DNA of 63,040 nt, counting the filler, from Bigelowiella natans CCMP2755 (Eukaryota > Protista > Cercozoa): NCBI GenBank assembly GCA_000320545.1. It is 9 parts of 9 records of this genome, joined end to end, with 100 filler letters (N's around TTAATTAATTAA, not from the genome) between each part and the next. Parts side by side here need not be neighbours in the genome. Positions count along the whole stretch, not along the records: positions 35,523 to 46,872 come from ADNK01002778.1; positions 46,973 to 51,464 come from ADNK01003585.1; 7 more parts are not named here. One strand, written 5' to 3'. Below are positions 37,324 to 50,416 of the stretch, in pieces. A program made the translations under genes and the position numbers. Under the pieces are notes generated by a model. The model worked only from the letters and a program-made list of their open reading frames with translations. It had not been told where the DNA came from and did not search any database. The first letter of the stretch is position 1. Each line of letters starts with the position of its first letter.

Positions 37324-39168
37324 ATGTCTGCTTCACTGATGCGGCGCTGGCTTTCGAATGAGTCGACTGCCACTGGTCCTCGCACAGAAACGAACACTAT
37401 GTCCACTGGTAAAGACTCTGAAGCCCAGAAAGAGTGCGGTACACCGGCACCAAACGTTGACCGGCGCAAACGGAAAAGAGAGCAGAGCAATATTGTCTTT
37501 GAGACGCCCGACGCAAGCAAGAATGAAATAGATAGCGCCGCCAGTAAAAAAGGAAAGAAGAAGAAAAAGCCAGCTAGTAGGCGTAAGAAGAGAGGGCGAA
37601 GGGGCAAGCAAAATGTCAAACGTGAGGAATCTAAGACGGATACCAAAGATATCTCAGCGGCCGAAACTGGGCAGGTTTCTGACGTAGGAAAAACTGAGAA
37701 GAAAGCGAATGGACAACCTGGACTCTCTGAGTATGAGCTGCAGAGATTAGAACATATTAAGCGTAACCAAGAGTTCATGCGCCGCCTTGGTCTTCTCGAT
37801 GTTATTGAAGAAAAAAAAGAAAGCAAAGCATCAGCTTCCTCGAAGAGAAAGCCAAAGATTCCACTAGAACCTTCTCGTCGTTCCACACGTTTGAGGGGCA
37901 TCAAACCTGACTACACTGGGGAGAGTATCGATCGCTTTGGCGAAGAATATGACAAAGCTGCAAACAGAGTCAAGGTAATTCCGTGCCATATCTAACACTC
38001 AGTGTAATTTCGCTAACCCATATTTTTTGCATCATCTAATCCTCATCTCATTCTTCAATCAGACTGTTGGAAGAACACCACGGTGGATGTCGACAGAAGA
38101 AGTTCTTACAGATTCAAAAAAATGGCTGGAAGAAAGCCGAGCGGCGCTCCTTAGTTTGCGAACTGCGGAAGGCACTTCACCTCAATCCCATGATGCATGG
38201 CGCGGTGAAGCTGAGAGAAGGTTCTCATCGTGCTACAATTGCTTTTTACGATCCCCATCGACTAGAAATTAAATTTTAATGCACAAATTAGGTGGGGAGA
38301 CAAGATTCCGACCTCTATGGATAGTTGGGAGGACTATGTCAAAAGTCGCATTGCCACGCCACCTCCTCCAAGCTCACTGGATCTTCTCCAAGAATGTAAA
38401 CTAGTTTTCGAGAATTATGTCCTTTTTACTTTGCTGTGTATTGCTGTGTATTTACGGAAGAACCCGTATGTACTTGATTTGTGAGGCTAACTACGTGATT
38501 CATTTGTTAATAAATAGACTATGCACACGACATGTGGCAGCTTTTGGTTTGTTGTACTCTCATGAGCCGAGTGAGCAGTTGGTAATAATTGTGCTAATAC
38601 GAATAGCGATGTCTTTCTTCTTTTGACACCCATGCTGGTTACGCTATCAGGAAAACGAAGCACAACACGATCTCTGCCTTCTTTGCCGCATACCCTACTC
38701 CGAGTTCTGTGTTGGATGCGGAGCCCAACGATGTGCTGAAGATCATCCACCCTCTGGGCTTGTTTCCGACCCGAATGAAATCATTGGTATCTGTGCAGAT
38801 TTTCCGGAATTTCATTTCATTTCATCCCCCTTCCGTGTCTCCCCTCCCCTTCCTACCTCTCCCATTGATGGCTGCTGGCACGGCATTAGGTGTCCGTCAC
38901 CCAGAGGTTTCTGGAGATGCCCAAGTTCGACGTTGGCCTGTCCAAAGATCTCAAAATATACGGAATTGGGGAATTCGGATTTCAATCCTTCCTCCTCTTT
39001 TGCCGGGGAGACATCAGTATAAAGCCAAAAGACAGGGCTCTTTCTTCTTTTGCACACTGGCAGTGCAAATACAAGAAAGAAATGGCTGAGAAAAAAGCCG
39101 CCGATGGTGAAGAGACAGGAAATAAAAATGTGGAAGATGAACAGAGTGATTCATCAGAAGAACACTGA
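37324..39168 (+). CDS. MBD4-like HhH-GPD DNA glycosylase without a recognisable MBD domain
   Basis: Spliced: PPPSSLDLLQE|YYAHDMWQLLVCCTLMSRVSSW|KTKH...FFAAYPTP...IIHPLGLFPTR...|IYGIGEFGFQSFLLFC...PKDRALSSFAHW, paralleling MBD4 LVQE...DPWKLL...PLGL...LHGIGKYGNDSYRIFC...PEDHKL. Confidence 0.88.
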
Positions 39169-39788
39169 TAGGTACCCCATCGTTCTAATCACTGGTTTCT
39201 TAGATCTATTGGTGCTGCTATCCATGTTGCATCGGATTTGAAGTTGCGTGCATTTTAATGTTACTAATGAATTAAGAGGATAAAAGAATGTCCATCAACA
39301 ATAAGAATATACACATTTTTGCGTAAGCACACATGTGGATTCATCAACAATTCATCGCGACGTTATAACGTACATCCATCTCGACTTTCCGGAAACGCAA
39401 AAATAAACCAGCATAGCACGTAGTGTGTTCCATGTCTAGATGTGTCGGCAAGATGGCTTATTGCGCGTGCATCGCACTACGTGTGGCTGGCTGCTATGCG
39501 CAGTGCGACGTACGGCGACTATGAACGCCCTTTGCCTATCTAGCTGTGTGTACGTGCTAGCGTGATGACAGCATATGTGCGCACGTAGCTAGGTAGACTG
39601 CGATATAGCGATAAATATGCCTAAGCTTCAAAAGTATAACATAGATATGATGTAGGTGAACTCAATCATCGTTTATCTCTTACGACATCTGCATATGCGG
39701 GCTTACTACGAATAGAAAATCGCCTCTTTTTAAGAGTTACCAAGACATTATATCTATATATTTCCACGCGAAATGTAACCAGCTAGTG

Positions 39789-40745
39789 CTAGCCATAAGA
39801 TGGTCTCGTTAGAGATAATGAACAGTGTCGGCGTAGACCACCATTATTTCCTCCCTTTTCCTCTGTGTCATTATTGCCTAGGATTCCAGAGACATTCTCA
39901 TGTCGATACTTCATGTTTTCATCAACACGCAGCTTGCTAGGGTGATCCTGCTGAGGAGCTCGCAGGTCTAAAATTCTGATAACAAATTGATATGGTATTA
40001 ACTGATCTTAGGTGAAGGGAGGCTAATCGTATGCACAACCTGTTGAGTACAATAGCGTCTTGGACAATTCCAAACGCAATGAGTATTATCATATGCCAGA
40101 AGTACATGGACCCGCAGGCTACAATCCATGCGCAAGACCAGTAAATGTGAAGCCAAAGGAATATTGCCAGATAACTGATTTTTGGAGATAACGAATACGT
40201 AAGGATGAAGACTGTCGCAGCTCATTTTTAACGGCAATGAACTACCTGTAGAGATAGAACCGCGAGAGTTCTGGAACTTCTCTTATCGTGTTATTTCTAA
40301 TTTCGCGCCAAAAGTAGTAGTAAACCTATAGATATGAAATCCAACTTTATATTTCGAACGTGAGTACGATGCTTTGGGTATCACCATAATGAATACGCTG
40401 ATGACAAAGAGGCTGACGATTGAAGGAGTAGCGAGAGATTTGGTGACGTATTCCGAACAGGTTTCCTAGTCATCGACGAAGTATTCAATTTTATTGGACT
40501 TCAGATTGTAAGAAAATATATCTGGATATTACCGGCTTCCAGTAAAGATAGCATGAGTGCCTGGAAACACGAGAAACCTTCACCACCATCGACGGGATCC
40601 ATATGATCTGTTGTGAAGCAATACGTCAAAAGATTTTCCCTTCTCCCAGCCATCATTAACATAGCACCAAACCGACCGCTAGGGCTAGATCCACTGTGGC
40701 CTTTTGCAGCACCAGCCCCTCGGTTTGACAGGACACTCGGAGCAT
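39789..40745 (-). CDS. Small multi-pass membrane protein of unknown function, about 6 short exons
   Basis: In-frame GT-AG joins: MLRVSCQTEG...DLALA|IIWIPSMVVK...YWKP|ETCSEY...SLFVISVFIM|VYYYFWREIR...YLYS|YLAIFLWLHIYWSCAWIVACG...|ILDLRAP...*. Confidence 0.7.
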
Positions 40746-41021
40746 TCTAGAGGAGGGGAAGCATATTTCAAACGGGATCATTTAAAAAAAGCGAACTTCC
40801 AATCGTAGATCTAGCTGCGAATTTTCCTTTGCGACAAGAAAGAGGCGACCCCAAAATTAATCTGCGACAACCCTCATGTGGCTTATTGTTAGGGAGAAAA
40901 AAAAAGGCGGGCTCCAAATTCAGACATAATTGACAAGATTTACGCACTTTCCCTTCCCCTCCTCGCAAAGACCATCTCCAGCTCTCCCGAATAATAACAC
41001 ATACACCCACACGCACTCACC

Positions 41022-42575
41022 ATGGCAACTTTGAAGGATTTCATGAAGAATAGTGTAGTGGAGTTGAGGAAGAAATGCGAGGAAAAAGGTGGTCGATATA
41101 CCTTCTGACATGCTGTAAAGTGGCTGAAACGCCAAAGGCCCATCACTAAGCTCCGACTCACAAAGTTGCTTCCTTGCAAACGGTAGGCTTAAGTAAGCGT
41201 GGTCTTAAGGCCGAATTGGCCAAGAGACTTCTGGAGGCAGCCCAAGCTGAAGAGCAACAAGCTGAAGAGCAAGGTGTGCACTCAAAACAGCCGCCATTTT
41301 TTACCGATCCCGCAGGGCAAAAAGAAACATCATAGAGGGGATTGGTTGAGTATGGAAGCATTTCTTCGAGTGGATTTGGAACATTTCATCTGCGTATTAA
41401 TGAAGGGGATTCGGAGGTTTGGGCACGAATGTCCCCAGAAAAAGAACATTTTAGTTGGTTGTTTTACGTACGCCGTGAATAATGTATATCATTTGGGCAA
41501 AATCGTTAGCTGTACCCGAAGCTACTGCGGAGCCTGAAGACCCAGTAGCACCCGAAGTTAAGGAAGAGGAAGTTGCTAATGTCATCGAGGATGCAGACAA
41601 CGGAGCGGAGTATGAACTTGCCTCTTAAAACAGACTGATTTGCACTTGATGAGAGAGGGGACAGGGGAGAGGGAATAGTTCAGTAGCAAACATTTGGGAT
41701 TCTTTCTGGGCACCCACTTATTGGTTGGTTGGCTCCTGCAGAGAGGAAGAAAAGGCCTACGAAGAGATGACAGAGGAGGAGAAGATATTAAAAAGGTCAT
41801 TCCATCTCCTCTTCTCCTCCACCCGCTTCTAGAGGCGACTGGGTTTGGACGTTTTGCTGAAAGTATTGTGGTTTCTAGGGCTGAGCGTTTCGGAACAGTA
41901 TCTTCTGATCAAGCAAAATTGAAGATGCGCGCTCTACGCTTTGGGATTCCTGATAAGGACAAGGTCTGGTGCAGCCCAGAGATATTCTACTACTACTCTC
42001 AATATTGACGCACACACTCCATGCTTCTTACAGATTAAAGCAGAGGAGAAAGCGAAGATGGAGGCACGCGCGAAACGATTTGGCCTTGTCATGAGTAGTC
42101 ATCCATACGTTCTGACACAAATATTTGGAATTTTGAGCTCTAAGATCGTTACCTCAACAGGCGACGAGGAGAAAGCAAAATTAGAAGCTCGCGCCAAGAA
42201 ATTTGGATTGACCACAACAGGTGCCTGCCTTTTGTGAATGAAGTTTAGGCACTTACTCCCTTTTCAGTCTATGGTTTGAGCTCTTCTCGCGCTTAATTGT
42301 CTTTATTGTCTTTTCTAGCTGAAGAGCAAGCGAAAATACAAGCACGGATTGAGAGGTTTGGGAAGGTAGATGCTCCTCAGAAGCCGAAGAAGAACAATGC
42401 CGGCAGCGGCAAGATTAATAAATTCTCTCGGAGGAGAGGACGAGGCCGTGGCCGCGGTCGCGGACGAGGTCGGCGTGGTAGGGGTAGAAGAGGAAGAGGC
42501 GGAGCTCGAAGATACCCAAAGCCGACTATGTCAACAGCACTCGCTGCTCCGCGCCGAGGCATGAAAGGAAAGTAG
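41022..42575 (+). CDS. SAP-domain ribonucleoprotein (SARNP/CIP29/Tho1/MOS11 family)
   Basis: SAP motif VVELRKKCEEKG|LSKRGLKAELAKRL, repeated RAERFG/RAKRFG/RAKKFG/RIERFG motifs and an RG-rich tail. Confidence 0.9.
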
Positions 42576-42924
42576 ATCACGAACACTTGTCGGTTCCACT
42601 GGGATCGACGTATGAAGAAGGCTCGTCCGTGTGTGGAGCATAGGAAACTGTATGATGAAACATTGCTGCTGTAGCTTTTGATGCGACGCGTGTGTAGGTG
42701 TTACGCCGGAAGCTAACAATGGCAGGCGACCGGCCCTTCGACGATGCATCCGATGCAATGATGACTCCATTCATGTACAATAATATTTGGAATTCACGAT
42801 GGAGCAAAATCTATTAGAGCATTTCAGTGGCATGAGTTGAGCAATGCGGCTTCTGGGCACGCGAATGAATGTTAATTGGTGCTGCAGCGACGCAACAATA
42901 ACGCGATGGCATCGACACTTTATT

Positions 42925-43010
42925 TACATGGGACGGGTGTAAAAATATGCATTCGAAATTTTGAATCGTCATCCTAATGCAGCTGTGCAAAGTTGCGGCT
43001 ACAGCGTTTT
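42925..43010 (+). repeat. Dispersed repeat family, copy 4
   Basis: catgggacgggtgtaa...gaatcgtcatcctaatgcagctgtgcaaagttgcggctacagcg. Confidence 0.75.
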
Positions 43011-43717
43011 GCTAGCAGCTTTGTTTTGTGTTGACAAAATGCATGCGTATAGCTTCATTATTCATTATTGATGACGCTCATGTACTTCACTATTAGCTAG
43101 TTAGTTTTCTAAAGTTAATCATAGCATGTTGTGATAACGGTCAAGCGGTGCCAGTCGTAGCATGGTTAGATATGCGCGTAGTCTAGTAGTAGTAGATGCT
43201 AGGATGGTAGACTCACAAGCGCATATCTACGGATTCGACGCTCGGGACATGCGCACGTAACTGCACGCAATATGCTAGCATGGCTCATCTAGCATAGCCA
43301 TGTCCGATCCATGGCCTGCCTAGCGGCGCTACATACACACGTAAGCATGATGTATATCCAGGTGTGCCTTGCTGCTTGTATGCTACGACTCTGAACGTGT
43401 AGGCGGCGGCGCTTACAATAAGCCACCAAGCTAGCAAGCTTAGCTTATTAGTCACAGTTGCATGCAGCATTCAATAATGCACTGTTTCGGATATGCGCGC
43501 AGCTGATTCTGATTATTCGAAGTTTTTTCAATTAACCCTTATATATGCAGCCATGCATATGCATCTTTCATTGTTGCAGTAGAACGCTAATTTATTGTCT
43601 TCCCCTCTTGCTTGTGAGGAAAGTGAGTGGCCTAAATAGTCAAAAGATGTTCAACGTTACTTTGCAGATTCACTCCAACATCTGGCGGTGCACGTCGGAA
43701 TTCGTTGAGGCATCAAT

Positions 43718-44338
43718 TCAAGCTACCTCCTTGGCATTTGGAAGATCCCAATTTATCCGCAGCTCTGGGAAAACTCCTGTGAGAGTTAGTCTATCAGCAT
43801 GATATGGAAGGAGGATCTCATCTTTGATATCCCTACCTTCGGACGCTACGCCCCTCTTCGCTAGTTTTGGGTGAATAACTTGGTATATGTCCATCAGCTC
43901 CTTCACACCTGACGGGCGAGGGAGTCAGCGGCAGCAAGATGAATTGCAGGAAACAGTCGGGAAAAGATAGAATCCTGATGATGCGCTTGGCGCTGACGGG
44001 GAGAGCATGCTGCTACTACCTTCGTATGGGTATTTCCCCAGCCATTTTGTGGTCAATTTATTCTCCATTTCCTTCCCTAGCACAAAGATGACGATCAGCA
44101 GATATTAGAGCGTGACGTTGAGAGGAGCGCGCTGCTGGGGTTTTAGGTTGGGAAGCGACGTTCACCGTCGTTAGAATCGGTCGTCTTCTTGATGTTGCTG
44201 TTTGCGGCAGGCTCCTACCTTCTTGCACCGCCTTCTTGATGGCCTCCATCACAGGTTTCGTGCATATCACCTGGGGACCACCATTATCATATACGGAGCC
44301 AATCCCAGGTAAATATCAATCGTGCATGCAGTATATCT

Positions 44339-44372
<34 letters not shown>

Positions 44373-44654
44373 CCTCTCTCACTGCACGTGTGTGTGGGCG
44401 GGGGCGGGAGTGCAATGAATGCATATTATGGACATTCATGCAGGCTCATCGGATATATGAAGTAGCAGCCGTAGGTAGCACCTGGCCTCCATGCCCGCTA
44501 TCCGCAATTCTATCTGCCTCATTGACCACCTACCGACAGTACCAGAGACGCTACTATCAACCCACCACGTGATTGGTTCCCACCGATGATGATGACGAGG
44601 ATGACGATGACGACGATGGCAATGATGACGATGATGATGATGATGATGATGGCT

Positions 44655-44685
<31 letters not shown>

Positions 44686-45195
44686 TTCGGTTACGACGAA
44701 ACCCATCGATAAAAGGCAGCAAAATGACCGGATGACCACGTCTCACTGCTTCTACTAGAACGTCGTCATCTTGTTCTACTACTCCGACTACCACTACTAT
44801 TACGCTACTACCGGCCCGAAGTATTCCATGCGACCATGTACGGGGTTTCGCCTCGAATTCGGCATGCCGATATGCACTCCCATACGCACACGCACACCTG
44901 CCCAGTAAGGTTCCTCTTTCGCAGCCTGTTCGCGCATAAAAAAAAAAAAAAGCAAGTACGATAGAGGAATGGGGAGGGGGGGGGGGAGGGGGCGGGAGAG
45001 GGACGGGGAAAAGGCGAAAGGCTATCACATTTCAAAGAGTTTATTAGAAAACGGAAAGCCTATATCACACGACGTTCACAAGCGGATCCCTTCCCACTAT
45101 TCCTCACCGCTGGGAAAGTAAGAAGTCTGGCCGGCCATTCAGCCTCGAGAAGCTGGAATTGAGACTCAAAGCACCTGTAAGATTTACATGTATAA

Positions 45196-45234
<39 letters not shown>

Positions 45235-45998
45235 AATACATAGCATAGGGTCTGTTGGTCGAATTGATGGGGAGTGCCAGTAAACTGCCGCAGCTTCATC
45301 ATGATCATGATCATGATCATCATCGTTCGGTGAGCGCGCATGCTGCTTGACGTACGCACGCACCAGTTGAAAGCGTCCATGACATCTCCGAAAACCACGA
45401 AGAACGCATCTCCTTCTGTCCGCACTTCGTATCCTTTGTGTTTCTTCAGCAGCCCCCGTAGGATTCCTGGCAATGGCGCGAGTGAGTGTGAGAGTAGTAT
45501 GTGAGTGTGAGTGTGAGTGTGGGTGTGCGTGTGTGTGATTCAAGCAGCACAATATCATCGTGAGGTGGCTGACCGTCGTGCAGGGAGATAGCCTCCGCCA
45601 TCTCCATCTTTCTGTTTTCCCAGAGCTTTGTGCTGCTTTGCACGTCGGTGAAGACGAGCGCCACGAGGCCTTGAGGAAGAAGAAGAAGAAGAATTCATGC
45701 AATTATAGAGAAAACTCAGGGGTTGCTCATTGTCCATATTGCAGCATCATCGGTGATGATGATGGATGGTGATGGATGATGATGACGATGATGATGACGA
45801 TGAGGGATGATGGTGATGGATGATGATTGACACTGATGGGTGTGCTAATAGGAATATTCATCAATTGTGAGCGGGGTGATGCTCACTGAGTGACGCACTG
45901 ACTCACACCTTGAGGTGGTTCCTGGTTTATGTATTCCTTGAGATCTTCCGTCATCAAGTCCACCGCGCTGGTGCCATCGCCGCCTTATTCGGGTACAT

Positions 45999-46047
<49 letters not shown>

Positions 46048-46290
46048 GCACGTTCTCAATAGAACCTACGGCTCACACTCAGGAAAAGACTTAAGGATGA
46101 CGACGGGTAAGAGACTTAGACGACGAAAGCGAGAGGTAGGAGGAGGAGGAGGAAGGGGGGGGAGCAGGGAACAGACGAGACCTTGCGTGGAGCATGCAGT
46201 TTCTATCTGATTAATCCACGCTTGCAATTGCTGCTCAGTGTCTGCTGCTAGCTTATAAAGCCTAACATGATGAGAATCACACGCACACAC

Positions 46291-46327
<37 letters not shown>

Positions 46328-46545
46328 GAAGAAGAGAGGGAGAAGAGAGAAGAAACCACAAGAACCCAACCCGTCCGCAAGGATAAGAACACATCGTTGG
46401 GCAATACATATATAGCTCAGCATATGCGAAGAACGAAGAACGAAGAAGAAGAAGAAGAAGAAGAAGAAGAGGCTGCCGACCTGTCAGCCTTTCCTACTGT
46501 GAAGCGGTACTTGAACCCTGACTGAATGAAGTCGAAGCCGGCGGG
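43718..46545 (-). CDS. Class III nucleotide cyclase (fungal/kinetoplastid adenylyl-cyclase type) preceded by a PH-like domain, 5'-partial
   Basis: [15 protein letters not shown]...LHD|GILRGLL...[15 protein letters not shown]...RVRMGVHIG...RMEYFGP|[16 protein letters not shown]. Upstream [16 protein letters not shown] is a typical PH C-terminal helix. Confidence 0.9.
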
Positions 46546-47881
46546 CACACTGTGTGCGAAACAAGGACAACAAATCAACAACCCAGCATATAACACCACC
46601 CTTCAGCGCTCGGAAACAATTAAAAAACGAATCATAAGAGACTGGATGAGGGAGAGGGGGGGGGGGGGGGGGGGGGGAAAAAAGAATCCCTTATTCCTCC
46701 CTCTCAATCGATGCAGAGGGACCATAGCTATTTATAAATAGAAATGTACAGTATATAAGATTTTTGCCTCCCCAAAAGGGGGCAGAAAGGTGGGGTCTGA
46801 ATCGCGAGATATTTCAATCCTGATTAGCTCAGCTGAGTGATGTTAGCGGGCGGGCGAGGAGAGGTCTATTGGNNNNNNNNNNNNNNNNNNNNNNNNNNNN
46901 NNNNNNNNNNNNNNNNTTAATTAATTAANNNNNNNNNNNNNNNNNNNNNNNNNNNNNNNNNNNNNNNNNNNNGAGTAGGACGTCGTAGTGCGAGAGGGGG
47001 GGGGGGGGGGGGGTGCAGCAATATGCGATTTGTAAGTGCGGAGGGATCGATCCGCAGCAAATCCGACGACTGTTAGTACTGCTTATGACAAGTATAAACA
47101 TATATTGCTTTAGGATGAAATGTATATCAAATTATACGATATATTGTGTACATCTATGTATATATGTGTGTAATGTATATACACATATATACTCTAGATA
47201 CTATATAAAAAAGCATACAAGAGAGTGTTTTATACAAATATTTAGATGTTTCCTTAGTCAATTGACTATGGCTTGATGTATCCGTCGATGTCGTCAATTG
47301 ACCGATCTATCAAATTCAATAATAGAGTTATTTTCTATGATCTAAATAAGCACACACAGCAGATCATTGTTACACGTGGCGCGGCTGCATGCATGCATAC
47401 ATAGCACAGTACGTCTATGTCTAACACATACATAAAGTGATGTTGGCCACGTACCTAGATCAATGCAACAGCCTAATGTGGTAGCCGAGATGCATTGCAC
47501 ACTTGCTAGCTTGCTGCATGCATGACCTACACATCTAGCAAAAAGACACGGCAAATTCACACAAAAGTATATAGAAAAGTCTGCGCAATTGAAGAGCGAG
47601 ATCTTGCAACCGCCGGTATATACCGGCGACGTGATATATAACGCTTATATTATGACAGTTGCGCAATGATGTTCGCACTAGAGCTTGCATGTTGCTATAG
47701 TTCAAGGTGCGCCGCTGTGCATGAGGACCAGGAATAATGAATATATTAGAATATATCCTACCGTATTAAGCAATATACATTTAAGCAAATATAACATGCT
47801 GTTATTTCCTCTTCCCTCCTCCTCCTTCTCCTCCTCCTCCTCTTCCTCCTCAATAATCCTCATTCCCGTTCCGCACGTGAC

Positions 47882-50294
47882 TTAGCCCTGGTGCAGGTCA
47901 TCATTTCCGAACCTGTCCTTGATGAAAGTATCGAGCGCCTCGAGTTTCCGGTTACAAGTGGGTAGCGGCATGCACAATGAGGATGATGACGAGGAGGAAG
48001 ATCCATGGAAAAGGGGGGGGGGGAGAGCGAAGGATAGAGATAATGTTGTGCAAACGTGAAGAAGGATTTCTTCTTCTGCGTGAATGCGTGTATGAAGGCA
48101 TTAGACAAGCCGCAGCAGCAGCAGCAGCAGCAGCATCGGCATCAGCACGCATACACAACTTACAAGTTGAGTCGCACCCTGGAGCGGTTCATCTTGTGCA
48201 TAAGGCTAACCTCCTCATCCTCCGCATCTAAGTCCTCACGGGTCATCACCCCAAGGCCAGCAGCGTCCTCCTCCTCCTCGTCCTCCTCCTCCTCCTCCTC
48301 CTCCTCCTCCTTGCTGTTGTTGTTGTTATCGCCGCTCTGCAGCGGCAGCAGCTGCTCCCCGAATACGGGGGAGGAGGAAATCTCCTCGCTATCACGCGCG
48401 CAAGCCTCCTCGCTGCTGTGTCGATCGCTGCTATTATCACTATTATCACTATTATCACTGCTCATCGTGCGTATCTTCTGCCCTGCCGGTGTTTCCCTCG
48501 GAGCGCTTTCCGGGGTATAAAGTTCTAGTGGCTGCTGCTGCTGCTGCTGCTGCTGCGGCTTCACTTCTTCCGCCGCCCCTCCCCGGTCCCCCCCTGCTCC
48601 CACGTCGAGCTTGGGGGGTGGAGACGTGGGGGCGAATGCCGCTGCCGTCGTCGTAGTCAACCTGCTCTTGCTCTCCTTGGGAGGTGGTTTCTGTGCCGAG
48701 GAGGAGGAGGAGGAGGATTGCGGTCCTCCTCGGGGTTTGGGTGGTGGTGGGGGGGGACGGCGGCGGCGATGGCTGGTTGTTGCGCCCGATTTAGGAGGGC
48801 TGTTGTTGTTGTTGTTGTTGTTGTTGATGATGATGTTGTTGTTGTTGTTAAGGTGGGTTGGAGGTCGTGCTGGAGACGCCATAGAAGAAGAGAAAGAGGA
48901 GGAGAATCGGTTCGTACGCATGCTACTACTACTACTACTTCTTCTTCTTCCAGGAGCGTCTTGTCCTCCTCCTCCTCCTCCTCCTCCTCCTCCCTTCTCT
49001 CCCTCCGGCTGTAGTCGTTCGGTCTGCCCCCTCTCGTAGTTAACGAGTTTGCTATCATCGTCTCTCTTCACGTCGCCGCCATCGAGGAGACTACACCTCG
49101 GTCTCGACGGAAGAGGAGGGGCACTGGCGCGACGACGCTGCTGCTGCTGCCTCTGCTCTCGCTGCTTGGATTGCTTTTTCAGTTCGCGCAGCGATAACGA
49201 CGAGGAGAAAGAGGAGGAGCAGGACAGCAGCGCTGCTGAATGCGAGCGACCGAGTGACTTCGATCTGAACATAGAATCACTCCCTGCAGCATCATATTGG
49301 AAACACATTTTCTCTCTCGCTCTCACGATGCGATGGGGTTGACGTTCCTAAAGATACCCTGGAGCCCGCCGAGTGATGATGACGGGGAAGATGATGATGA
49401 TGATCGTGGCGGTGATTACAACCGTACGAAGTGTCCCCGTACATGCATATTCGTGCAGCAATAACAGTAACAATAAAAATGTCGGCAACAACAATAATAA
49501 CAACACCTACCTTCTTCTACCGCCAACCACTGAGTCGTCGTCGTCGTCATCGTCGTCGTCCTTCGCACCGACAGCGTCCTCCCTCTGCACATTGCTGCTC
49601 CCATCCGCCTTCTCTTCGGCCCTCCTCAGAGTCTTCGTGGTGGCGGCAGTATTAATTAACAGCTTCTTCCGGCTGAGAGACTTTGCGCGCCTCAAGGTCG
49701 TCGTTGTCTTCTTTTTCGTCTTCTTATTCTTCCTGATTATCGAGATTACATCGGGGAGCAATCTGTTTCTCAGCTTGCTGCTCCTCCTCCTTCCTCTTTT
49801 GCTGGAGCTAGCGGCGCTACTGCTACTACCACTACTGCTAACACTCCGTTGGCCAGGTACCCTTAAGATGCCTTGATGCCCTTCTTCCTCCCCCCCCCCC
49901 TCCTCCTCCCTGTTCTCTGAAGTCGTTCTGGTAGCGTTTCTGCTACTACCTGCCGGATGTTGGTGGTATTCGACTTTGCTACTACTCTTCTTCCCAGAGT
50001 CTTTACCCTCCTCCTCCTCTGGCTCTTTCTTGCTCTCCATCTCCTGTTGTTTTTGTCGATGCTGCTGCTGCTGCTGCTGCTTCTTTCTTCGTCGCTGCTC
50101 CTTGATGTTTCTCTTCATCTCCTTTTGCAATCGGCGGCTCTCCGCTCTCCGCTTCTTTTCGGCGAGGTTCTCCCCACATCGCAGGAAGTCGCTACGAAAG
50201 TCGCGGAACGCTTTAAAGAACTCGTCCATCTTCATCTCTACGATTTTATTTATTTGTGAGGACATGTCACGGTACTTCCCCCACCCCCACCAGT

Positions 50295-50326
<32 letters not shown>

Positions 50327-50377
50327 CAATATTGGCAGAGGCAACGAAGGAAGGGATATCATGGTGATGAGGGTGGT

Positions 50378-50416
<39 letters not shown>

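Noticed and set aside
48611-50296. Plus-strand ORFs with poly-Leu, poly-Val or poly-Cys
   Set aside because: Antisense shadows of the low-complexity formin exons; the same applies to ORFs made from (GA)n, (CA)n and (TA)n tracts.
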